A stretch of 59,787 nt of DNA from Ignavibacteria bacterium. Its GTDB lineage: Bacteria; Bacteroidota; Ignavibacteria; Tepidaquicellales; OLB5. The stretch's first letter is position 1. The number at the start of each line of letters is the position of its first letter. Shown piece after piece: positions 18,689 to 29,472 of the stretch. The DNA lies in NCBI GenBank assembly GCA_041859235.1, contig JBHEKV010000165.1:1-59787 (forward strand), written 5' to 3'. The notes under the pieces are model-generated. The model was not told the origin of the DNA. It saw only the letters and a list, made by a program, of their open reading frames with translations, and did not search any database. A program made the translations under genes and the position numbers.

Positions 18689-19156
18689 ATGAGTAATAAG
18701 CAGTGGATAAATAATTATTTTTCTGAAGATGAGCTGAAGGATATTCAGTCAGCGGCTGATGCTGTTGAACGGAATACCGTTGGCGAAATTGTGCTCAGTT
18801 TCAGGAATAAAAAATCACTGCTGGAAAAGCTGTATTCAAACCATGAACTTGCCATAAAGGATTTCGAAAGGCTTGAAGTATACAAAACCAAAGAACGCAC
18901 CGGTGTATTGGTTTTCCTGATATTTGAAGAACGTTATTTTGATATTATTGCTGATGAAGGGATTTATGCGAAGATTCCCGATGAAACATGGAACAAAATG
19001 GAAGAAAAACTGAAGGAAGAATTCCGGAATAAGAATTACTCAGCGGGTGTATTGGCATTAATTGCTGAAATGGGAGAAGTGCTCTCGCGGGAGTTCCCCA
19101 CAAGGGCAGGGGCCGATAACGATGATGAAATCAGCAGCGAGATTGTTGTGAATTGA
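18689..19156 (+). CDS. TPM domain protein (TLP18.3/Psb32-like)
   Basis: ERTGVLVFLIFEERYFDIIADEGIYAKIPDETW. It lies adjacent to the other TPM gene, as is commonly seen. Confidence 0.7.
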   Translation: MSNKQWINNYFSEDELKDIQSAADAVERNTVGEIVLSFRNKKSLLEKLYSNHELAIKDFERLEVYKTKERTGVLVFLIFEERYFDIIADEGIYAKIPDETWNKMEEKLKEEFRNKNYSAGVLALIAEMGEVLSREFPTRAGADNDDEISSEIVVN

Positions 19157-19255
19157 TTTAACTTTTATGAATTAGTAGCACAGACATTTGTGTGCCTTAT
19201 GAGCTCTCTGTGTTGTTATTACATTTTCAAAAAATCTGCTGTGAGAGTTAAAATG

Positions 19256-19277
19256 GGGACTAAAGTCCCGTTTTTTT
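19256..19277 (+). terminator. Rho-independent terminator
   Basis: GGGAC-TAAA-GTCCC followed by T7. Confidence 0.6.
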
Positions 19278-19290
19278 GGTTAAGCAAATC

Positions 19291-19315
19291 CCCCGCTCTA
19301 AAGAGCGGGGCTATT
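19291..19315. repeat. Hairpin repeat family C (CCCCGCTCT-AA-AGAGCGGGG-CTATT)
   Basis: Near-identical second copy at 43768-43793 (CCCCGCCTTAAAGAGCGGGGCTATT). Confidence 0.7.
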
Positions 19316-19366
19316 CAATTACAATAAATTATACTTTGTAAAAGCTGTAAAAGTATCGTTTCAAAC

Positions 19367-20767
19367 CTACTCAGTGCGCTCTTTGTTTTTTGCCTTAAAA
19401 ACCAGCGTTAAAGGTACGCCTGTAAATCCAAATTCATCCCTTATTTTATGCTCCAAAAATCTTTTGTAATTCACTTCTATTTCATTTGGCAAATTGCAGA
19501 AAAACCCTATGACCGGGGGCGAATGTTTTAACTGGGTAATATAATTGATTTTTATTTCTTTGTGAGTCTTTGATCTCGGAGGGAAAGCTTTTATGTAAGG
19601 CAATAGTTTATCATTTAGTACGCTTGTTTTAATTTCTCGGGCTCTTTCATTATATACCGCAAGCGCTGATTCGATTATTTTTGAAACCCTTTGTTTTGTA
19701 ACAGCAGATGTAAAAATAAACGGCAGGTAATCAAATGTTGTTAAATGCTCTTTAACTTTCTCTTCAAAAATTTTGGCTGTTTGGGTATCTTTCTCAATAA
19801 GATCCCATTTGTTGATAACAACCAGTATCCCCTTCTTCAGCTCACTTGCTTTTATTATGATCTCAACGTCTTCTTTACTGAGTTTGAATATCGCCATTTT
19901 AGGATCAGCATATTTTGAAAGCTTGCTGATAATTGTAGTTGCGTCAATCACAATTATGGCAACATCGCACCTTTCAATGCTTCTATGCGTTCGAAGTGCT
20001 GAAAAATATTCAAGGCTCTCGGCCCGCTTTATCCTTGATTTTTTTCTTAATCCCGCTGTATCAATTAAAGTAATATCCTGACCGTGATATTTTATTATGG
20101 TATCAACTGAATCCCGGGTTGTTCCAGGAATATCGGTAACAATATTTCGGTTTGACTGCGTAAGTGCGTTAGATAGTGATGATTTGCCTACATTGGGTCT
20201 GCCTATAATTGAAAACTTTATTGTATCATTTTCTTCTTCGTTACTTTCAATTGAAATATTTTCCGTGATAACATCCAGAAGGTCACCGGTTTTCCTGCCA
20301 ACAATTGCGGATACTTCAACTGGTTCACCAAGCCCAAGCCTGTAGAAATCGGTTCTGCTGATTTCATCTTTGGCGCTATCAACCTTATTAATGGCAAGTA
20401 TTACCTTTTTACCGGTGTTTTCAGCTTTGTTCACCTCGCGTCTAAGCAGTTTTGCAATTTCAAGATCAAGCGGAGAAATACCTGATTTCGCGTCAACTAT
20501 GAACAGGATAATATCGGCTTCATCAATTGATATTTTAACCTGTTCGCGGATTGCCGCTTCAAACTTATCTTTGCTGCCCGGTACATAGCCGCCTGTATCA
20601 ATCAGGAAGAATTTTTTACCGTTCCATTCTACTTCGCCGTAGTTCCTGTCGCGGGTTACGCCGGGCATATCATGAACTATGGCGTTCTTCTTACCTGTAA
20701 GACGGTTAAAAAGAGAAGATTTGCCAACGTTTGGTCTTCCAACTATTGCTGCTATTTTTTGGGACAT
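19367..20767 (-). CDS. der: Ribosome-associated GTPase Der (EngA)
   Basis: Two tandem G domains (GRPNVGKSSL twice, DTGG/DTAG) plus a KH-like C-terminus. Confidence 0.95.
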   Translation of the reverse strand: MSQKIAAIVGRPNVGKSSLFNRLTGKKNAIVHDMPGVTRDRNYGEVEWNGKKFFLIDTGGYVPGSKDKFEAAIREQVKISIDEADIILFIVDAKSGISPLDLEIAKLLRREVNKAENTGKKVILAINKVDSAKDEISRTDFYRLGLGEPVEVSAIVGRKTGDLLDVITENISIESNEEENDTIKFSIIGRPNVGKSSLSNALTQSNRNIVTDIPGTTRDSVDTIIKYHGQDITLIDTAGLRKKSRIKRAESLEYFSALRTHRSIERCDVAIIVIDATTIISKLSKYADPKMAIFKLSKEDVEIIIKASELKKGILVVINKWDLIEKDTQTAKIFEEKVKEHLTTFDYLPFIFTSAVTKQRVSKIIESALAVYNERAREIKTSVLNDKLLPYIKAFPPRSKTHKEIKINYITQLKHSPPVIGFFCNLPNEIEVNYKRFLEHKIRDEFGFTGVPLTLVFKAKNKERTE

Positions 20768-20786
20768 TCGGTGTTATTCTGTGCTG

Positions 20787-21764
20787 TTAGTTTACTCTTT
20801 CACTTATGAAATCAACGAATTTTATCATTGTGTCTTTTGTTTCAGAAGGCTTAAATGACTGCAGGTTGTTCTTCGCAGTTGCGCAATACTCACTGGTTTT
20901 GCTGATGGTGTACTCAATTCCGTTATGTTCTTTGATAAAATCCATAACTATGCTTCTGCTCTTGCTGTATGAACCGTTTTTAACAAGGCTTACGATCTCC
21001 TTGGCTTCCTTTTTTGTTGAATTGTTAAGCGAATGAATCAATGGCAATGTGAATTTCTTTTCTTTCAGGTCACTGCCCGAAGATTTACCCATGATCTTCT
21101 TCTTGCCGATATAATCAAGCAGGTCGTCGCGGAGCTGGAATGCAATTCCAATGTTCTCACCGAATTCACCCATTAGCCTGATCTCGTTTTTATCCTTAGA
21201 TGTACTGGCAGCGCCAAGTTCACAGCATGCGTTTATGAGAGATGCTGTTTTATCTGAAATGATCCTGAAATAAGTTTCTTCGTTAACATCAAACTTCCTG
21301 TTTTTCTGGATCTGCAGCAATTCGCCTTCGCTCATGCGTTTTACAGCCCTTGAGGTAATTTTCAGGAAGCCGCATTCATCATGTTCAAGCGCAAGCAGAA
21401 GGCCGCGGGAAAGCATAAAATCACCCATTAATACGGCAATCTTGTTCTTCCATACAGCGTTAATGGATGCAAGCCCCCGCCTAGTTTGGGCGTCATCAAC
21501 AACATCATCATGTATAAGCGTGGCAGTATGCAGCATTTCTACCAGCGTTGCTGCTGTATAGCTTCTGGGTGTAATTTCGCCGCAAAGTTTTGCAGAAAGT
21601 AAAACAAGTATTGGGCGTATCTTTTTGCCCTTTTGTCTTAGTATGTATTTGCTGATAAGATCAACCAGCGCTACTTTAGAGCGTATTGCTTCACGAAAGT
21701 GGACCCTGAATTCATCAAGTTCATTTTCAATTGGCTGAGATATTTTTTTAAGATCAAGATCCAT
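20787..21764 (-). CDS. Polyprenyl diphosphate synthase (long-chain, IspB-like)
   Basis: First and second Asp-rich motifs, LIHDDVVDD and FQLRDDLLD. Confidence 0.85.
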   Translation of the reverse strand: MDLDLKKISQPIENELDEFRVHFREAIRSKVALVDLISKYILRQKGKKIRPILVLLSAKLCGEITPRSYTAATLVEMLHTATLIHDDVVDDAQTRRGLASINAVWKNKIAVLMGDFMLSRGLLLALEHDECGFLKITSRAVKRMSEGELLQIQKNRKFDVNEETYFRIISDKTASLINACCELGAASTSKDKNEIRLMGEFGENIGIAFQLRDDLLDYIGKKKIMGKSSGSDLKEKKFTLPLIHSLNNSTKKEAKEIVSLVKNGSYSKSRSIVMDFIKEHNGIEYTISKTSEYCATAKNNLQSFKPSETKDTMIKFVDFISERVN

Positions 21765-21779
21765 TCTTAAGTTATTACG

Positions 21780-22553
21780 TTATTCAGTTTTTTTAGGCTG
21801 CGATAGTTTTGAAATTATTATACTTATCTCGTAAAGTATAAGCAGCGGTATACCCAGCAGCAGCTGACTGGTTACATCCGGACTCGGTGTCAATATTCCT
21901 GCTAGAATAAGAATTATGATAATTGCGTGCTTACGGTACCTGCGCATGAACTTCGGTGTTAAGATGCCTATTTTTGAAAGAAAAAATGATATCATAGGCA
22001 GCTCAAAAACAATCCCTGCAGCAAGCATAACCGATATTACGAAACTGAAATACTCATCAACGGCAATATTGTTTGTAATTGCCTGTGTGCCGAATTCCGC
22101 AAAGAATTTCAGCGCCGTAGGCAGCATTACAAAATATGCGAACGAAATACCACCAAGAAAACAAATTGATGAAAAAACTACAATTGAAGAAATATACCTT
22201 CTTTCGCCGGGCAGCAGTCCCGGTTCTATGAACTTCCATAACTGGTAAAACAAGTTAGGTATGCTGAAAATAACCCCGCATACCAGAATTACTTCAAAAT
22301 AAAGAACAAGCTGGCCATATGGCTTCAGGTTGATAAGTTCAAGAGGTGGAGTTGTTTTCGTGGCGGGGGCTAAAAGGAAATCGTTCATGATGTAATCTAT
22401 AAAAACCGCGGCAATAATACCGCCCAGAACAACACCTATCAATGATTTTATGAGCCTCCATCTCAGTTCCTCAAGATGCTCCCAGAATCCCATCTCACCC
22501 GGCTGGTTATCGCCACTCAGGCTCTCTTCCGGCAATACATCGTTTTCTGCCAT
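21780..22553 (-). CDS. tatC: Twin-arginine translocase subunit TatC
   Basis: MGFWEHLEELRWRLIKSLI followed by six TM helices. Confidence 0.9.
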   Translation of the reverse strand: MAENDVLPEESLSGDNQPGEMGFWEHLEELRWRLIKSLIGVVLGGIIAAVFIDYIMNDFLLAPATKTTPPLELINLKPYGQLVLYFEVILVCGVIFSIPNLFYQLWKFIEPGLLPGERRYISSIVVFSSICFLGGISFAYFVMLPTALKFFAEFGTQAITNNIAVDEYFSFVISVMLAAGIVFELPMISFFLSKIGILTPKFMRRYRKHAIIIILILAGILTPSPDVTSQLLLGIPLLILYEISIIISKLSQPKKTE

Positions 22554-22556
22554 ATG

Positions 22557-23060
22557 TTACCTGCTGCGCGCTATTAATTCCCTTTCAAACCGTTCTGTTT
22601 CCAGCTGTTTCATCAACTCGTCATATTTCCTTCGGAATGCCTCCATTTCAACAGAATTCATTGTCATTGATCGTTCAATTTCCGTGTTTTGAGCATCAAG
22701 GTTAACTGTAATTTCACTCACCAATTCGCTGTCAGTATTTTTGAACTCCAGGATAGTGTTGTTCTCAACGGAATCGGATACTTCTCCGGTGCCGTTATCG
22801 TCATTCAGATCTGTGTCCCCGGTATCGGTCTTATCAATACCATCTTTAACATAATTGCTGATTTCAACATTTTCACTGTCACTTCCTTTTTTGCCAGTCT
22901 TCTCATTTTCAGTATTTTCCTTCATTGTGGAGCTAAACAGCGTCATTTCTTTTTCTGAAGAACTCAGCGAAAAACGCGGCTGTCTCAATGTATTTTCCAC
23001 GGCATGTACGGCAGCCGGGTTTTTACTCAATATTGATCCTTCAATGAATGACAGTATCAT
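22557..23060 (-). CDS. Hypothetical acidic, low-complexity protein with a C-terminal coiled-coil-like segment
   Basis: ORF lies between glyA and tatC, with a 3-nt gap to the tatC start. No recognisable domain. Confidence 0.4.
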   Translation of the reverse strand: MILSFIEGSILSKNPAAVHAVENTLRQPRFSLSSSEKEMTLFSSTMKENTENEKTGKKGSDSENVEISNYVKDGIDKTDTGDTDLNDDNGTGEVSDSVENNTILEFKNTDSELVSEITVNLDAQNTEIERSMTMNSVEMEAFRRKYDELMKQLETERFERELIARSR

Positions 23061-23092
23061 TACGGTATCATTACAGTATAGTTGTTAAAAAA

Positions 23093-24394
23093 TTACCAGG
23101 TGAACAGCTCCGGGTAAAGCGGGTATTCGCCCGTTAAATCGTCAATTTTTTTGTGAACACTCTTCTTTACATCTTCGCTTCCCGGGTTCGTGATAATATC
23201 ATTTATCATTTCAGCCACTTTTTCCATGTCCTTTTCATTCATGCCGCGTGTTGTCAAAGCCGGTGTGCCCAGCCTTATTCCGCTGGTTATTAACGGACTC
23301 TTATCATCAAACGGCACAGCATTCTTGTTACAAGTTATGCCTACTTCGTCAAGCAGCTCCTGTGCCTGTTTACCGGTGATATTCTTATTGCGGAGATCGA
23401 TAAGCATCAGGTGATTATCTGTACCGCCTGAAATTATCTTGAATCCGTATGAGGTAAGTTTATCAGAAAGAGCTTTTGCGTTCTTTATTACCTGTTCAGC
23501 ATATTTTTTGAAATCACCCTGCAGAGCTTCTTTGAATGCAACTGCTTTTGCTGCAATTACATGCATTAACGGTCCGCCCTGTATACCGGGGATAACCATA
23601 GAGTCTAGCAGTTCACTCATCATTTTTGTCCTTCCGGATTTTGGCGCGGTTAAACCGAAAGGATTTTCAAAATCGGTTCCCATCAGTATCATTCCGCCGC
23701 GGGGTCCGCGTAAAGTTTTATGAGTAGTAGTAGTAACTACGTGGCAATGCGGAACTGGGTCATTTAAGAGTCCTTTTGCAATTAAGCCGGCCGGGTGTGC
23801 AATATCAGCAAGCAGAAATGCGTTAACCTTATCTGCTATTTCACGGAATTTTTTATAATCTATATTTCTTGAATAGGCGCTTGCGCCAACAGTTATCATT
23901 TTGGGCTTCTGCTCTAAAACGACTTTTTCTATCATGTCGTAATCAAGCATTTCTGTATCCGGGTTAATGCCGTACTGCGTGAAGTTATAGAGTTTCCCTG
24001 AAAAATTAACAGGTGAGCCGTGTGTCAAATGCCCGCCGTGAGAAAGATCCATGCCCATTACTTTATCGCCGGGTTTAACAAGCACAAAGTATACAGCCAT
24101 ATTTGCCTGTGAGCCTGAGTGAGGCTGAACGTTCGCGTACTCTGCGCCAAAGAGCTCTTTAGCCCTGTCGCGGGCAACATTTTCTGCGATATCAACATAT
24201 TCACAGCCGCCGTAATATCTTTTCCCGGGATACCCTTCGGCGTATTTATTTGTCATTACCGAGCCCATTGCCTGCATAACTGGAATGCTGGTAAAATTTT
24301 CTGAAGCAATAAGTTCTAATTTATCATTTTGCCTTTCAAGCTCATGCCTGATAGCGCTATAGATCTGCGGATCGAAATCCTGTAAGTGAGTCAT
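23093..24394 (-). CDS. glyA: Serine hydroxymethyltransferase
   Basis: [16 protein letters not shown] contains the PLP-lysine motif. Similarity to GlyA runs the full length. Confidence 0.97.
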   Translation of the reverse strand: MTHLQDFDPQIYSAIRHELERQNDKLELIASENFTSIPVMQAMGSVMTNKYAEGYPGKRYYGGCEYVDIAENVARDRAKELFGAEYANVQPHSGSQANMAVYFVLVKPGDKVMGMDLSHGGHLTHGSPVNFSGKLYNFTQYGINPDTEMLDYDMIEKVVLEQKPKMITVGASAYSRNIDYKKFREIADKVNAFLLADIAHPAGLIAKGLLNDPVPHCHVVTTTTHKTLRGPRGGMILMGTDFENPFGLTAPKSGRTKMMSELLDSMVIPGIQGGPLMHVIAAKAVAFKEALQGDFKKYAEQVIKNAKALSDKLTSYGFKIISGGTDNHLMLIDLRNKNITGKQAQELLDEVGITCNKNAVPFDDKSPLITSGIRLGTPALTTRGMNEKDMEKVAEMINDIITNPGSEDVKKSVHKKIDDLTGEYPLYPELFTW

Positions 24395-24498
24395 AATAAT
24401 TTTGTGTAATTAAGTGGTGTAGAAATTTTTAAATAATGTTAGTTAGTTTAAAAAGCTTTTTAAAAAATCACTGGTCCATTTACCAAACGGCTTTATTT

Positions 24499-25797
24499 CT
24501 AAAACTCATCTGAAGGCCTTAAGAACCAGAACTCGCCGATCCTTACTGATGCTCCGAAACGGAATACTTCATCCTTTATAAGGCCGTTGGTTTCCTTGCC
24601 GCGAATATTGTATTTGGCATAAAGGTCAAGTGAATTGTAGTTTCCGATTGGTAATGATAAACCTGCGCTTACGCTTAGTATATTTATATCCTGTCCGTTC
24701 AATTTCAGGTAATCCTGCGTATAACTTCCGCCAAGCCTGTATGAAATACGGCTCATGTACGGATCTTCAAGTTTTTTTGATGCGGTGTATTCAATACCTG
24801 CGCCAATTTTCATGCTGTTCTTTATTTCTGCGGGATGTGTGCCATAATATGTATAATCATCCCATTTCTGGTAGTACATATCAGCTGATACAGTCAGCTT
24901 ATTATTGAATGTATTTGCTATACCAACACCAAATGCCAGAGGTATTTTAAGTTTGCCTTCACTCAGCGAGATAGAATCTGTTGTTGTGGTCGAGCGTCCA
25001 AATTTACCGATCAGGCTTGAGTTAAATTCAGTTGGGGTTGATAGATACACGCCAAGCGTCATATTGTCCAGCTTCTTGTTATTGAACAGCTTTCCGAACC
25101 CGTGGAAAATTAACCCGGAATTGAAAAAGAATCCCGAAATTGTATTGGCTGATGTGTTCTTAGTATCAAACAGATTTACATTTGAAAAATCAATGTTAAC
25201 TGATTTATTAATATTGCCGAACGCGTAATTGAACTGAGCGCCGAAACTGAGATATCTGAAGAGTATGTATGAAAACCCGATATTGAACTTATTCAATCCT
25301 CCATTGCCGGAGTATGTCTGTGTATAATTTTCGCCGTCCGCAGTTCCCGTGAAATAAGTATCGTAATTGACATTGCTGTAGTTGTTTATTCCAAAATTAA
25401 ATATCCAGCCATTGCCCTTATTGAATGGGATCGAAAGATCAAAACCCTCAAAATTGCCGTATGTCCGGGTTGCCTTGCTGGTGCCATCTGATGACCTGAT
25501 GTTTTCAAGGTTGAACTTTGAAGTGAACAGTGTATTCTGAATTCTTGTCCATGCAGCAGGATTATTGGAATTGGTATAATCTCCATACAACGCAAAACCC
25601 ATAATGCCCATTGCGTCGGTTCGGTTGCTTGATGAATAGCTAAGATCACCCAGTCCGAAAAGCGAGTAAATTGAACCTCCGTTTTTATCCACCTGCGAAA
25701 AAACGTTCCCGGAAAATAAAAACAATACTGCGATCAGAAATCCTGTGATTAACTTTGGGTTTGAAATATTTATCATTTTAGAATTTTTCTTTTTCAT
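24499..25797 (-). CDS. Outer-membrane beta-barrel protein (family unassigned)
   Basis: Signal peptide, alternating beta-strand pattern, aromatic-rich, terminal residue Phe. It overlaps the upstream lipoprotein gene by 4 nt. Confidence 0.55.
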   Translation of the reverse strand: MKKKNSKMINISNPKLITGFLIAVLFLFSGNVFSQVDKNGGSIYSLFGLGDLSYSSSNRTDAMGIMGFALYGDYTNSNNPAAWTRIQNTLFTSKFNLENIRSSDGTSKATRTYGNFEGFDLSIPFNKGNGWIFNFGINNYSNVNYDTYFTGTADGENYTQTYSGNGGLNKFNIGFSYILFRYLSFGAQFNYAFGNINKSVNIDFSNVNLFDTKNTSANTISGFFFNSGLIFHGFGKLFNNKKLDNMTLGVYLSTPTEFNSSLIGKFGRSTTTTDSISLSEGKLKIPLAFGVGIANTFNNKLTVSADMYYQKWDDYTYYGTHPAEIKNSMKIGAGIEYTASKKLEDPYMSRISYRLGGSYTQDYLKLNGQDINILSVSAGLSLPIGNYNSLDLYAKYNIRGKETNGLIKDEVFRFGASVRIGEFWFLRPSDEF

Positions 25798-27008
25798 GGT
25801 GTGACCCTCGGCGTATATTTAATTATAACCCTGGGTCTTGTCTGCGGATCGGCGGCAGATTCTTTATAGAAAACGTATTTATCAAGGTTAATTGTCTGGT
25901 TGCCAGCAAAAAGCAGCAGTCCGTAGTTTGAAGCTCCGGAAAGCCACCGTGCAAATGGCGAAGGCGCGCCCGCGGCCACAAGCCTCATCATGTACTTTCC
26001 GCCTCCTGCAGGTTCACCGGTGAAAGCGAAGAGGTCTGTTTTTAAACCGGCTGAATCATTGATGAATTGACCTAATACTCTGTAATTCGTCTGACTTGAA
26101 AAAATTGAATTTGCTGAATCAAGGGTCAAAAACAACTGTACATCGTTAATTGTGGCCGTTGAAGGAATACGGCTCATATCAAATATCATTTGCTGTACAT
26201 AACTTACACCTGCCTGCAGTGTGAAAGTTTCAGTGGATGAATTTATAGAGGCGGTCGATAGCGAAATGTTATCAGATGTCGAAGTACTGAAAGTATCTGT
26301 CTCGTTATATTTTGTATATATTATAACCAGTTTCGGCTCTACTGATACATCTTCGTTTGTGGAAAAAAAACCTTTTATGCATGTTGATGAGCCGTTTGGT
26401 GAAAGAACAATTCCGTTGTTTTCCGCAGTGCTTGGGTCAGCTGCATGGTCCATCCAGTCTTCAACCATTGCAGGGGTCAGGGTTATTTCAACTTCCTGCG
26501 AGTCCGCCGTAGGAGTGCCGGTATAGCTGCCCTGAGATACGGTGCCGAATGTATTTGCATTCACAGAATCATTGGTTATGGTTGAAAAATTAAGTGAATC
26601 ATTTATTTTGTATACATCAAAAGATATCTGTCCCAGCGAGTCACTTGATGATGAGGGGAAATAATAATTCTTGTACTTCAAATACATCTTAGCCGAAACA
26701 ACTGTCGCGCTGTCGCGCTCGGTGCCAAAGTCACCGAATTTCAACAATGCTTTGGATTCATAACTGCCATTTTTGCCCACCATCAGGTTCTTTGAACCGG
26801 ACGTGTTTACATAAAACAAAGAATTGTTTGAAACTATAGGCATAGTATCAATGTATGAATCAAATATTCTTACTCCGGTGGTTTCACCGGGCGGAATAAA
26901 ATTGAGCCCAAGAGAAGAAGGATCATCTGCACATCCAATAGTATATAACGAAAGGGATACTATGGTTAAAAGGCTGTAGAGAGCTGCTGTTAATTTTTTG
27001 CTTGTCAT
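25794..27008 (-). CDS. Lipoprotein, possibly DUF4270-like
   Basis: Lipobox LYTIGC. The position downstream of glgA resembles the glgA-DUF4270 neighbourhood known in Bacteroidota. The family call is tentative. Confidence 0.5.
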   Translation of the reverse strand: MTSKKLTAALYSLLTIVSLSLYTIGCADDPSSLGLNFIPPGETTGVRIFDSYIDTMPIVSNNSLFYVNTSGSKNLMVGKNGSYESKALLKFGDFGTERDSATVVSAKMYLKYKNYYFPSSSSDSLGQISFDVYKINDSLNFSTITNDSVNANTFGTVSQGSYTGTPTADSQEVEITLTPAMVEDWMDHAADPSTAENNGIVLSPNGSSTCIKGFFSTNEDVSVEPKLVIIYTKYNETDTFSTSTSDNISLSTASINSSTETFTLQAGVSYVQQMIFDMSRIPSTATINDVQLFLTLDSANSIFSSQTNYRVLGQFINDSAGLKTDLFAFTGEPAGGGKYMMRLVAAGAPSPFARWLSGASNYGLLLFAGNQTINLDKYVFYKESAADPQTRPRVIIKYTPRVTP

Positions 27009-27064
27009 CTAAATTCTGTAATTTCGGATAATTTTGGACTAAGATATGTTCATCAACAATCTTA

Positions 27065-27673
27065 TTATTGCGTGTTTTCGCCTGTTTTTGCTATAAATTT
27101 TACGGCATCAAACAAATTTGATGCAATAAAGTCAATTTTTACTTTTTCATCAAGACATTTCCTGTGTGCTGTTTTTCCGTATCCGGTTTCAACTAAAATA
27201 TTGTGTAAACCAGCATTTACGCCGGTCTGCATGTCTGAAAACGAGTCACCGATCATATAAGAGCCCGAAAGCTCTATATTATGTTCTTTTTGCGCACTCA
27301 GTATCATTCCTGTATTAGGTTTGCGTGATTCATGCTCGATCGAATACTTTTCAACTATGCCATCTTTGTGATACGGGGAATAGTATAGGGCATCTATTAC
27401 TGCATCCGGGTTTGCTTCCAGAAGAAGTGTGTACATTCTTTGATTGATGCGGTTGAGCTCCTCAACAGTAAGCCAGCCGCGGGCTATCGCTGATTGGTTG
27501 GTTATGACGATGATCTTATATCCTGATTTCCTGGCCAATGCAATAGCATCAGCAGAGCCTTCTATTAGCTCTACTTCTTCAACAGTAAGCAGGTATCCTA
27601 AAGTTTCCGGGGTATTGCCCTCCACTTCTTTTACGATTGTACCGTCACGGTCTATAAAAAGTGCCTTGTTCAA
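27065..27673 (-). CDS. HAD-IIIA phosphatase, D,D-heptose-1,7-bisphosphate phosphatase (GmhB)-like
   Basis: FIDRDGTI (DxDxT), ITNQSAIARG, RKPNTGM and MIGDSFSDMQTGVNAG. Confidence 0.75.
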   Translation of the reverse strand: MNKALFIDRDGTIVKEVEGNTPETLGYLLTVEEVELIEGSADAIALARKSGYKIIVITNQSAIARGWLTVEELNRINQRMYTLLLEANPDAVIDALYYSPYHKDGIVEKYSIEHESRKPNTGMILSAQKEHNIELSGSYMIGDSFSDMQTGVNAGLHNILVETGYGKTAHRKCLDEKVKIDFIASNLFDAVKFIAKTGENTQ

Positions 27674-27771
27674 TCCTGTTTTCAGGTTAATACTTATGTT
27701 TTAAATAAAACAGGACAGGCATAACTGTCTGTCCCATAAAAAAATTAAATTTATTTACCCAATCCTGCTTA

Positions 27772-29253
27772 TCAGCCTTTTTTCATTATTGAGCGGTAAA
27801 GATCAACATACTTCTTCGCGGAAATTTCCCAGGAATAATCACATGCCATCGCGATCCTTATCAGCTTTATCCACTCTTCGCGGTTGGTAAACAGTTTCAA
27901 TGCGCGTTTTATTGTTTTCATCAGCTCTGCGGCATCATATTTTTCAAATACAAAGCCGTTACCTTTGCCGTTTTTGTATTCTGTGATAGTATCCGCCAAA
28001 CCACCGGTTGCCCTTACTATAGGGATAGTACCGTACTTTAAACTGTACATCTGGTTTAAGCCGCATGGCTCATATTTTGAGGGCATAAGGAACATATCGC
28101 TGCCGGCCTCGATTAAATGAGCAAGCTCTTCAGAAAAACCGAAGTGAACACCGACTTTTTTAGGATATTTTTTCTTCACGCCTTCAAAGAATTTCTGGAA
28201 TGCCTTATCGCCGGAACCTAGAAGCACAAACTGTACTTCTTCCTTCATAAGTTCAGGCATTGCCTTCTGTATGATATCAAAACCTTTTTGATCTGAAAGA
28301 CGTGAGATGATACCAATAATCGGGGTCTCTGCATTGTATTCCAGGTCAAAGTGTTTGCAAAGCGCTTTTTTATCTTCGCGTTTTAAGGGAAGCTCTTTTG
28401 ATGTGTATCGAAACGGAATGATGCTGTCACGTTCGGGATTCCATACAGTATAATCAACACCGTTGAGTATTCCGTAAAGATCTTTTTTTCTTTTCTTCAG
28501 TAAGCCTTCAAAACCCATACCATACTCATGTGTGGTGGCAATTTCCTTCGCGTAATTTTCGCTAACCGTCGTGATTGCATCACTGTAAACCAAACCGGTT
28601 TTAAGCATGCTGAACTTATCGTAATACTCAACGCCTTCTTCATTATAAATATTCTCAGGCAGTCCGCTCTTTAAGAATGATGAATGCGGGAATAATCCCT
28701 GGAAGGCGATATTATGTATTGTGAATATGCTTTTTACATTCTGAAGCAGGGGATCTTTTGCATAAATTGTTTTAATATAAGCGGGAATTAAACCTGTCTG
28801 CCAGTCATTACAATGGATCACATCCGGCTGCCAGCCAAGTAAACCCAGAACCTGAACAACAGCGCGGTTAAAGAATATAAATCGCTCGTCATTATCGGGG
28901 TAATCTTTGCCGGTCTTTTCATCCACATAAGGACTTGTTTTGCCGAAATACTCTTCATTTTCAATCAAAAAAACCTGAACTTTACCCTTTGGTGAAACTA
29001 TGAAGGAAGACTTGATATTGCAGATGGCTATCTTATCGCCAATCGGCACTTCAATGTTGGTAAGGCGCTTTATTTCATAGATCCTCAGCCTTCTTTCATC
29101 AAGAGAGCCGTATTTCGGGGTAATTATCCTCACGGCATGACCTGCCGCGTTGAGTTCCTGTGGCAAGGAGTTTGATACATCTGCTAAGCCGCCAGTTTTG
29201 CTGTAGGGCATAACTTCGCTGGTGCAATATAGAATGTTTAAGCCTTTAGCCAT
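27772..29253 (-). CDS. glgA: Glycogen/starch synthase
   Basis: ILYCTSEVMPYSKTGGLADV at the N-terminus and a GT5 architecture. Confidence 0.9.
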   Translation of the reverse strand: MAKGLNILYCTSEVMPYSKTGGLADVSNSLPQELNAAGHAVRIITPKYGSLDERRLRIYEIKRLTNIEVPIGDKIAICNIKSSFIVSPKGKVQVFLIENEEYFGKTSPYVDEKTGKDYPDNDERFIFFNRAVVQVLGLLGWQPDVIHCNDWQTGLIPAYIKTIYAKDPLLQNVKSIFTIHNIAFQGLFPHSSFLKSGLPENIYNEEGVEYYDKFSMLKTGLVYSDAITTVSENYAKEIATTHEYGMGFEGLLKKRKKDLYGILNGVDYTVWNPERDSIIPFRYTSKELPLKREDKKALCKHFDLEYNAETPIIGIISRLSDQKGFDIIQKAMPELMKEEVQFVLLGSGDKAFQKFFEGVKKKYPKKVGVHFGFSEELAHLIEAGSDMFLMPSKYEPCGLNQMYSLKYGTIPIVRATGGLADTITEYKNGKGNGFVFEKYDAAELMKTIKRALKLFTNREEWIKLIRIAMACDYSWEISAKKYVDLYRSIMKKG

Positions 29254-29472
29254 TCGGTTGGTTTTAATTTGTTGTAATTTACAAAATTACTGAAATTTGA
29301 TTTTTATTGCAATGAAATAAGCAGGGTATAGGGGGTAAAGCACTGTAATTACCTTTACATATAACGTATTTAACCTAACCGGAAACATTAATTTAAGGGA
29401 TTAATTTCTATTTTTTATTGTTGTATATTTAAATAACTTATGGAAGAATTTAAACAAAATTACAGTAATATT

